Assembly: GCA_003228955.1 (NCBI GenBank)
Contig: QIGN01000126.1
Location: 6,873 to 38,872, forward strand
Origin: Hyphomicrobiales bacterium
GTDB taxonomy: Bacteria > Pseudomonadota > Alphaproteobacteria > Rhizobiales > Methyloligellaceae
DNA length: 32,000 nt
Direction of reading: 5' to 3'
The first letter of the stretch is position 1. Each line of letters opens with the position of its first letter. The notes under the pieces were generated by a model, which worked only from the letters and a program-made list of their open reading frames with translations, was not told the DNA's origin and did no database searches. Below, one piece after another: positions 18,514 to 24,088 of this stretch. A program made the position numbers and the translations under genes.

Positions 18514-18819
18514 CTAGTTGGCCGGAACCGTAATATTATTTACACTGCCGTTCGGTCTCACCACTGTCAGTTGATAGAACGGACCTGAACCTGACCGGCA
18601 AACCAGAAACGAGACCACTTTCCCGCCCGTGCGCGCTTCGACATTGTTCTTGACCATTGCCGCCGGACGCAAATTAAATCTGGCGAACAGCCCAAGCTTA
18701 CGGGCCTGGCCGAACGTCACGCACTGACGCTGCGCATGCACCGGTTCCACACTGCCGACAAGCAACAGCGGAATGCCCAGGGCCAGAAGGGCCCCGCAAA
18801 TAATGTTTCGACCGCGCAT
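18514..18819 (-). CDS. Small secreted PepSY-like protein, FeuN-like modulator candidate
   Basis: 101 aa with signal peptide ending VHA-QRQ. Lies directly upstream of feuP/feuQ (34-nt gap), as feuN does in Sinorhizobium. C-terminal GGKVVSF...YQLTVVRPNGSVNNITV beta pattern. Confidence 0.6.
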   Translation of the reverse strand: MRGRNIICGALLALGIPLLLVGSVEPVHAQRQCVTFGQARKLGLFARFNLRPAAMVKNNVEARTGGKVVSFLVCRSGSGPFYQLTVVRPNGSVNNITVPAN

Positions 18820-18847
18820 GTAATGCCTCGCAAGTGATCGTCAGCAT

Positions 18848-19252
18848 CTACCATACCGAAGCGCAAATGAACCACACATGAATAAGGTTGCCCTTACTCT
18901 CCCGCACCCAGGCCGCGCCCGCCTTCATCCACCGCAGATAACAGACAGGTTTCAGGCGGAGCCCCAGTTTACGTTTCGCTTCAGCGGCGCTCTCCTGGCA
19001 CTCATTACGGGATGCAAACACGAACTCCGTGATACCGATGAGCTTTTTGTTCCGCATCTCATAAACGACAATGACCCATACAGGACGCAGATCTACAGAA
19101 GGGTTGCTTTTCTGCTGAGTCACACCGGCACGCGGCTCTTCGGGAAGAGCCGCACGTGCTTTGCGCACGGCAATCACACCGCTCCACAGCGCGACGATAA
19201 CAGCCGCCACAAGCGACCATTTCACGGCTTCGCGGATATCATCTCCCGTCAT
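18848..19252 (-). CDS. Hypothetical membrane-anchored protein (last gene of the lysis cassette)
   Basis: Trimmed to ATG 19252, which overlaps the o-spanin stop (ATGA). One N-terminal TM (WSLVAAVIVALWSGVIAV). No recognisable domain. Confidence 0.45.
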   Translation of the reverse strand: MTGDDIREAVKWSLVAAVIVALWSGVIAVRKARAALPEEPRAGVTQQKSNPSVDLRPVWVIVVYEMRNKKLIGITEFVFASRNECQESAAEAKRKLGLRLKPVCYLRWMKAGAAWVRESKGNLIHVWFICASVW

Positions 19253-19485
19253 TTCTGATCCTCGCAGATTGCATCCCAGGCGGCGTTGTGTCCGCGCAAT
19301 TGCGCGATTGTCTCGCGTGTGTCGTTTTGAGCTGAGAAGGTGATGGGGGAAAATGCCACGCATGCGCCGCTAGTGCGCATCGCGGTTGTTCGGATCGTTG
19401 CGCAGCCCGTCAGGATCGTCGCGGACAGAACGGCGAGCGTCAGTGGCCTTACGCAACATTTTATGGTCCTGGGAAAGCTGTTCAT
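19249..19485 (-). CDS. Candidate o-spanin (Rz1-like outer-membrane lipoprotein)
   Basis: MNSFPRTIKCCVRPLTLAVLSATILTGC lipobox (LTGC). Short mature part with two further Cys. The gene begins in another frame inside the i-spanin candidate and extends past its end. Confidence 0.55.
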   Translation of the reverse strand: MNSFPRTIKCCVRPLTLAVLSATILTGCATIRTTAMRTSGACVAFSPITFSAQNDTRETIAQLRGHNAAWDAICEDQK

Positions 19486-19591
19486 TTTCAGCTTCCACCT
19501 GGCCAAGACGCCGTTGCCTGCGGCCGGCGAATAGCCTCATGATTGCCGCGAGAACCTGGATGACGGGGCCAAGAAGTTTCAGCCATGTCAT
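19370..19591 (-). CDS. Candidate i-spanin (Rz-like; N-terminal TM + charged coiled region)
   Basis: 73 aa with TM LKLLGPVIQVLAAIMRLF followed by RRQRRLGQVEAENEQLSQDHKMLRK. ATGA overlap with the preceding holin-like gene. Confidence 0.5.
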   Translation of the reverse strand: MTWLKLLGPVIQVLAAIMRLFAGRRQRRLGQVEAENEQLSQDHKMLRKATDARRSVRDDPDGLRNDPNNRDAH

Positions 19592-19776
19592 TCTTGATCA
19601 CTGGCTGAACCGCCGACTTCAGGCAGGAATATCGCCAGCACGGAAAATGCTCCGGCGACCGCGCCGAAGATGGTCATCCATTCAGCCTCGGTGAAACCCA
19701 TGAAGTGAAGGCTTGCAAGAAAACCTACAATTCCCGCATAGGTGCTTGGCTCCGCCAGTCTTTTCCAAATGTTCAT
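19588..19776 (-). CDS. Holin-like small membrane protein (two TM segments)
   Basis: Trimmed to ATG 19776 (MNIWKRLAEPSTYAG), 1 nt after the endolysin stop. TM segments YAGIVGFLASLHFMGF and WMTIFGAVAGAFSVLAIFL. Confidence 0.55.
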   Translation of the reverse strand: MNIWKRLAEPSTYAGIVGFLASLHFMGFTEAEWMTIFGAVAGAFSVLAIFLPEVGGSASDQE

Positions 19777-19777
19777 T

Positions 19778-20308
19778 TTAGCTTCTCCTTTCCATTTCCA
19801 GGGCATCCGCGAGGACACCGTTCACACGGGCCGTCCAGCCGCGGCCAAATGTCTTCCAGGTCCGCAAACGCTGGAGAAAACTCCTGCGCCTCACGATGAG
19901 ACGCCGGATGATTGTCTTGGGATGATGGCGCGCGACGGCCGCAAGGGTCATGGGACCGACAATGCCGTCAGCCCGGGCCCCGGCAACGCGCTGAAGTGCC
20001 TTCGCAGCACGGGCAACGCCTGAATTCACCGCGAAGTCGAAAACGGCATAATCGACGCCCGAAGGGAGCTTGTCCCCCAGGACGCCATCCCAGTAGCGGG
20101 CGCGATAAATTCGTGCCACTTCACTCCGCTTCAGCGCCCGCACTTCGGATTTCGGTAATCTCCGCCACGGCCTGACACCCCGCCATGCGGCCAGGGTCCT
20201 GCGGGTGATGCCGAGATTTGTGGCACCGCCTGGATCAAGAGGGTGGTCCACATACCCGCCTTCATGTGCGAGCACCAGGGCCAGACCTGCCCTGAAGTTT
20301 TTTTTCAT
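19778..20308 (-). CDS. Endolysin: glycoside hydrolase family 108 domain + PG_binding_3 domain
   Basis: LVLAHEGGYVDHPLDPGGATNLGIT (GH108 signature with catalytic Glu) and C-terminal DYAVFDFAVNSG...LQRVAGARADGIVGPMTLAA. Start is ATG 20308, preceded by GGAGAAAAAGAA. Confidence 0.85.
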   Translation of the reverse strand: MKKNFRAGLALVLAHEGGYVDHPLDPGGATNLGITRRTLAAWRGVRPWRRLPKSEVRALKRSEVARIYRARYWDGVLGDKLPSGVDYAVFDFAVNSGVARAAKALQRVAGARADGIVGPMTLAAVARHHPKTIIRRLIVRRRSFLQRLRTWKTFGRGWTARVNGVLADALEMERRS

Positions 20309-20320
20309 TTCTTTTTCTCC

Positions 20321-20350
20321 AATAAAAAAGCCGCCTCGGCTCGAGGCGGC
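20321..20350 (-). terminator. Rho-independent terminator (minus-strand sense) 13 nt upstream of the endolysin start
   Basis: Perfect 9-bp GC-rich stem GCCGCCTCG / CGAGGCGGC (20330-20338 / 20342-20350) with a 3-nt loop. On the minus strand it is followed by TTTTTTATT (complement of 20321-20329). Confidence 0.7.
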
Positions 20351-20444
20351 GTTCGTCAATGAACCACTAGTTTTCTCAGATCGTCAGGGCTTGGGTCCGG
20401 CCCGCGGTCGTTTCACCAATAGCCAAAGCCGGCCCACGCCCGGT
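20343..20444. repeat. Direct repeat copy R1 (orphan 3' fragment of the small membrane-protein gene plus its downstream sequence)
   Basis: Aligns to 21712-21813 at a constant offset of 1369 nt without indels; 89/102 identical by hand alignment. On the minus strand it still reads GVGRLWLLVKRPRAGPKP-stop. Confidence 0.85.
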
Positions 20445-20537
20445 ATGGCCTCCCTTTCCAGATTCAAACTTTTGAAGTAAACGACAGTCCGGTGCACTGC
20501 TGTTTAGACCTCTCAGATCGCGGGCAATACAATCCGG

Positions 20538-21713
20538 ATGTCTTATTTCATTAAGCGAGCTGCTTATTTCGGATACAGACTTCAGTCCGTTGAAAACCGC
20601 TTATCCGAACTGGAGAAATATAACGCCGCCAGTCTCCCAAGTTCCGGAAATCCTGTTGCTCTTGATCTACCAAAAAAACCTCTTGTCGGGGCCTGGCAAC
20701 GTCTCGACCATTTTGCAAATTACCACCGTGCCAGAGCTCTTCTGAGTCTTGAAAATCTCTATGTCGGCTTTGATGCTGGGCGCCGCGGCAGGGGCTCTCT
20801 TATGCGCTATGATGGCGACTGGCACGAGCTGTTCAGTCGTCAGGGCATAACCGAGATTGTGACCCTCTGCCGCCATAACGGTGAAATCTGGTTTGGCGCA
20901 ACCTCATTACGCGACGGAGCGTCGCTCTGGCGAGGCGATGGCCAGCACTTCGAAATGGCGGGGCAATGGCCCAGGTTTTTCTCCGTTGCCGCTCTTGCCA
21001 GCTTTGACGGAAAACTTTTCTGCTCCCTTGTGCCTTCAACGAAATCCGAAACGGCTGCGCCAGTTCTCATCTTTGACGGGCAATGGAACGATGTATTGAA
21101 CGATCATCCCTACCAATGCATTTATGATCTTCACCCTCACAAGAAACACCTCTGTGGCGGAACCGTCGGCGCCGGATGGTTCGGCGGGCATGTGATCGAT
21201 ATTCTTTCCGGTCGGGTTATCGGTGGCGATGGAAACAACGGGAGCTGGAACCATCAATCTACCATACTTCGCCTTTGCTCACTCGGAGATACCCTTATTG
21301 CAACGGGCAATCGTGAACCCGCAGCAGCAGGAAATCACTCCAACATTTGGTCATATGCCGGCAAAGCGTGGAAACCGGTCCCCCTGCCACCACGGGGGTT
21401 TCAAGGACTTTACAGTTTCAATGCTGTGCATCCTTTCAGGGATCATTTGATAGTCGGCTGTGGCGGGCGTCCAGCTGGGCAAGCTGCGATCTTGTGCTTG
21501 TCGAGGGATGGCTGGACGCAAATCGGTGGAACAGGCCTCAATAACTCATGGAGCCCGAACGTTTATCGCCGCATGAATGCGCCTCTCGCCAACGGCTCGC
21601 AGAGCGATTACGTTTACAATTTCTGCGAACATGACGGCGCTTTGATCGCGGGCTTTGGCGCGTCACCTGGTTGCGGTCAGGTTTGGCGGTTTAAACCGGA
21701 CTCCACGGCGTGA
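20538..21713 (+). CDS. Hypothetical protein with Kelch-like / beta-propeller-like repeats (moron-type insertion). The only plus-strand gene in the phage-like region
   Basis: 391-aa ORF. About seven ~45-aa units with recurring patterns (YDGDWHEL, GEIWFG, SLWRGDGQHF, FDGKLFC, IFDGQWNDV, IWSYAGKAWKPV, LSRDGWTQIGG, GQVWRF). No signal peptide or TM. Visibly lower GC than its surroundings. Confidence 0.65.
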   Translation: MSYFIKRAAYFGYRLQSVENRLSELEKYNAASLPSSGNPVALDLPKKPLVGAWQRLDHFANYHRARALLSLENLYVGFDAGRRGRGSLMRYDGDWHELFSRQGITEIVTLCRHNGEIWFGATSLRDGASLWRGDGQHFEMAGQWPRFFSVAALASFDGKLFCSLVPSTKSETAAPVLIFDGQWNDVLNDHPYQCIYDLHPHKKHLCGGTVGAGWFGGHVIDILSGRVIGGDGNNGSWNHQSTILRLCSLGDTLIATGNREPAAAGNHSNIWSYAGKAWKPVPLPPRGFQGLYSFNAVHPFRDHLIVGCGGRPAGQAAILCLSRDGWTQIGGTGLNNSWSPNVYRRMNAPLANGSQSDYVYNFCEHDGALIAGFGASPGCGQVWRFKPDSTA

Positions 21714-21813
21714 AGCGGCGTTCGTCAATGAGCCGCTAGTTTCCTCAGATCGTCAGGGCTTGGGCCCGGCCCGCAATCGCTTCACGAATAACCAAAGCCG
21801 GCCGAAGCCCAGT
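21712..21813. repeat. Direct repeat copy R2 (3' end of the intact 63-aa ORF plus 41 nt downstream)
   Basis: See R1. The same peptide EAAFVNEPLV.SDRQGLGPAR.RFTN.QSRP appears in two plus-strand shadow ORFs (20205.. and 21655..). Confidence 0.85.
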
Positions 21814-21944
21814 GCAACGCCGCATAAAAGCATTATTGAAGTCAGAAACTGGTTCAGACTGCCAAGCCACGATGCCCACGCCGGAGAGGCAATGAGCGTT
21901 GCGGCAATTGCAGAGTCGATTTTCCCGGTTGTTGTGTGTTCCAT
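21753..21944 (-). CDS. Small membrane protein, class II holin-like (two TM segments, basic C-terminus)
   Basis: 63 aa with IAATLIASPAWASWLGSL and FLTSIMLLCGVALGFGRLWLF, then KRLRAGPKP. Its C-terminal peptide is conserved in the R1 fragment with both synonymous and non-synonymous changes. The SD is weak. Confidence 0.45.
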   Translation of the reverse strand: MEHTTTGKIDSAIAATLIASPAWASWLGSLNQFLTSIMLLCGVALGFGRLWLFVKRLRAGPKP

Positions 21945-21981
21945 AATTTTGAATGGCTATCCATGTTTTCTGTCATTCTGC

Positions 21982-22008
21982 GGTGCCCAAAACCGGGCAC
22001 CATTTTAT
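21982..22008 (+). terminator. Candidate plus-strand intrinsic terminator
   Basis: Stem GGTGCCC / GGGCACC (21982-21988 / 21995-22001) with a 6-nt loop, followed on the plus strand by ATTTTAT. No U-tract in the minus-strand sense. Confidence 0.4.
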
Positions 22009-22095
22009 GCCGCAAGATCGATCCTTTAAGATACCGCCGATGCCAAGCAGCATCTCAAGGGGGATTGTTATCTGTGTCATGGCGCGTTCCCTGCT

Positions 22096-22620
22096 CTAGT
22101 ATTCCACGCCGAACGACGCGCATTCGCGGTTGGTCTTGGCGCTCAGCACATTGCCCGTGCCCGAAACATCGCCGGAGTTGAACCGCTCCCAGATATTGGC
22201 GGCGGAGACGTAATCCATTGTCTGGATGTCGCCGTGATAGAGGGCGGGCAGGAAGTTGCCGCTTGCGGGAATGGTGTAATTCGCGGCGAGGTTGAACAAT
22301 TCCTCGCCGGTCCCGCCGTGATTGATACCGGTCTGCGTGTGCATCACGTCGAAGGAGTTGGCGCCCTGATATTGCAGAATGTGCATCGTGATGCCGGAGC
22401 GGACCTCGTTCATGTTGATGATCCATTTGAACACCGTCGACCCGTTGGTCAGATATCCCGCCGGCGACAGCACATTCGTGGCGGGCACGAAGACGGCGTT
22501 CGCCGCACCGAAGACACCATTGTTATCCGCTGGCGCGGCCATCTTCTGCTGCACGCCGGTGGCCCCGCCGCCGCCCGCCGCCCGCCGCCGCGCGGCGCAA
22601 AGCATCGCGCCCAAACTCAT
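22096..22620 (-). CDS. Hypothetical protein (possible distal fibre or receptor-binding component)
   Basis: Track ORF 22096..23088 trimmed to ATG 22620, which overlaps the upstream stop (ATGA). The 156 upstream codons overlap another, better ORF and are Arg/His-rich junk. No recognisable domain. Confidence 0.55.
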   Translation of the reverse strand: MSLGAMLCAARRRAAGGGGATGVQQKMAAPADNNGVFGAANAVFVPATNVLSPAGYLTNGSTVFKWIINMNEVRSGITMHILQYQGANSFDVMHTQTGINHGGTGEELFNLAANYTIPASGNFLPALYHGDIQTMDYVSAANIWERFNSGDVSGTGNVLSAKTNRECASFGVEY

Positions 22621-23057
22621 TGCAGCGCCCGCACGGTCATGGATTGCTGGCCGCCTATATTGGTGACGCAGACCTCGAATTTGTCGCCATTTGTGGTGGT
22701 GAATTTTGCGGTTTCTGCTTCGTCGAAGCCCGAGGCGGTAATCGCCCCGGCACTTGCGTTGTTGGTGGCGATGCAGATGTAACCGCCTTCCTCGGTCGGC
22801 GCGGCCCATGTGAAGATACCGCCATTGGTCAGTGTCTTGACCGCTCCTGTGGAGGGTTCCGGCGTCGTGGTGCCGGAGGATACGGTGCCGAGGGCCTGCG
22901 GAACCGACTTGCCCGAATTTATGGGCTGCTTTTCTGTCTCCAATTCGTCCAAAGCCGTTTTTGCATTGGTCGCGGATAGCCCGGAGGAGGCATTGTCGTA
23001 GGTAACGCTGGCGGCAGTGGTCCCCGCCAAAGCATCCGATGATACAAATCGAGCCAT
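22617..23057 (-). CDS. Hypothetical tail-fibre-like protein
   Basis: Trimmed to ATG 23057 (TAATG overlap with the upstream stop). The N-terminal VTYDNASSGLSATNAKTALDELE motif resembles fibre or spike N-termini. Ser/Thr/Gly-rich middle region. Confidence 0.55.
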   Translation of the reverse strand: MARFVSSDALAGTTAASVTYDNASSGLSATNAKTALDELETEKQPINSGKSVPQALGTVSSGTTTPEPSTGAVKTLTNGGIFTWAAPTEEGGYICIATNNASAGAITASGFDEAETAKFTTTNGDKFEVCVTNIGGQQSMTVRALQ

Positions 23058-23362
23058 TAGGCTGTCTCCTCTGGTCCATAGACGACAACTGAGACGCCGG
23101 CTGCGCTCGCCCGCGCGTAAAGTTTTTCGCCTGCGGTCATCCATATTTGCGTGCGTTCAAGAACGCCTGCTGCACCGAGAGTGACATCAAATTCAATCCA
23201 GTCCTTCACCGCAGGCAGTGCGCCATCCGTCACCGCCAGCCGCACGTCGGCTGATTGCGTGCGGGCGCAAAAGGCGACATTCACGCTGGCCTTTCTGCCC
23301 GTTGGAACTACATAGAGTTCCGTATCCGTTGCCGCCGCGAGGTCGGCCGCTCCAAGTGGCAT
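23057..23362 (-). CDS. Hypothetical small protein (beta-rich), fibre module
   Basis: AAGGAG lies 8 nt upstream of ATG 23362 (MPLGAADL); the ATG at 23368 is too close to the SD. No recognisable domain. Confidence 0.55.
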   Translation of the reverse strand: MPLGAADLAAATDTELYVVPTGRKASVNVAFCARTQSADVRLAVTDGALPAVKDWIEFDVTLGAAGVLERTQIWMTAGEKLYARASAAGVSVVVYGPEETA

Positions 23363-23380
23363 ATGCATCTCTCCTTAGTT

Positions 23381-24088
23381 TTAGTTGGCTGCCCAAAAAA
23401 GCATGGCGCCAAGTCCTGCGGACCCACCGCCGCTGATGGTTGTATTGGGGAATGTGACGCCGCCCGTGGTCCGGTCGATCACGATGGCTTCGCTCCAGTT
23501 GACGCCGTCGGCGCTTACCTTGAAATGATAGTCGTCATCGCCGGTCAGACCCATCTCGGCTCTCCCGGCGGCCCCGGTTTGGAACAGCAGGCTGGCGGTG
23601 TCTGTGGCAGCACTCTTGTTGATCTTTAACTGATGCCCGGCGCCTTCGTGATTGAGCAGAACAGCCGGACTTGAAACGGCCAGCCTGTTTGTCAGATCGG
23701 GCGTGGAATTGATGCCAAGGGTATCCAGATTGCTGATGGCCCCCATGGCCGCCAGCGCATCCACCCAGGAAGATCCGTCCCAGGTAATAAGTGAATCTTC
23801 GTCGTCGACCCAGCATAGCCACCCGGCTTTAGGTGTATAATATGCCCATGCGCCGTCCTGCCATGCGGCAATGCTAGTATCCTGGCCAAGCCAGACCCCG
23901 CTTGCGGCGCTTGCAACAAGATAGCGATCACCCTCTAAGGGACCCGCTGGCGGAACACTCAGATCACGGTCGATCACGGACAGTTGGACCAGTGTGTCCA
24001 GTCCGCGAAGGGCCTCATTGTGGGTCACATGCTTTTGTGCCTGGGCCGCCTCGATGAATGGCAGGCCGAGATTGGCCGAGTTAGACAT
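23381..24088 (-). CDS. DUF2793 domain protein (GTA/phage fibre-associated)
   Basis: MSNSANLGLPFIEAAQAQKHVTHNEALRGLDTLVQLSV...GDRYLVA...AWQDGAWAYYTPKAGW matches the DUF2793 pattern commonly found after g15. ATG 24088 overlaps the g15 stop. Confidence 0.8.
   Translation of the reverse strand: MSNSANLGLPFIEAAQAQKHVTHNEALRGLDTLVQLSVIDRDLSVPPAGPLEGDRYLVASAASGVWLGQDTSIAAWQDGAWAYYTPKAGWLCWVDDEDSLITWDGSSWVDALAAMGAISNLDTLGINSTPDLTNRLAVSSPAVLLNHEGAGHQLKINKSAATDTASLLFQTGAAGRAEMGLTGDDDYHFKVSADGVNWSEAIVIDRTTGGVTFPNTTISGGGSAGLGAMLFWAAN

Noticed and set aside
18820-18847. Search for an att site, tRNA or integrase at the left end of the phage-like region
   Set aside because: Only 28 nt of spacer are present, with no tRNA-like structure. 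A repeat partner cannot be evaluated because the other end of the element lies outside the window.
21967-22080. 37-codon minus-strand mini-ORF (MTQITIPLEMLLGIGGILKDRSCGIKWCPVLGTAE) with an AGGGAA upstream
   Set aside because: It is too short to support from sequence alone. Its 3' half is simply the hairpin I interpret as a terminator.
22621-23088. N-terminal 156 codons of the 330-aa track ORF 22096..23088
   Set aside because: This part overlaps the better 146-aa ORF in another frame and translates to His/Arg-rich nonsense. An ATG at 22620 gives a canonical ATGA coupling instead.
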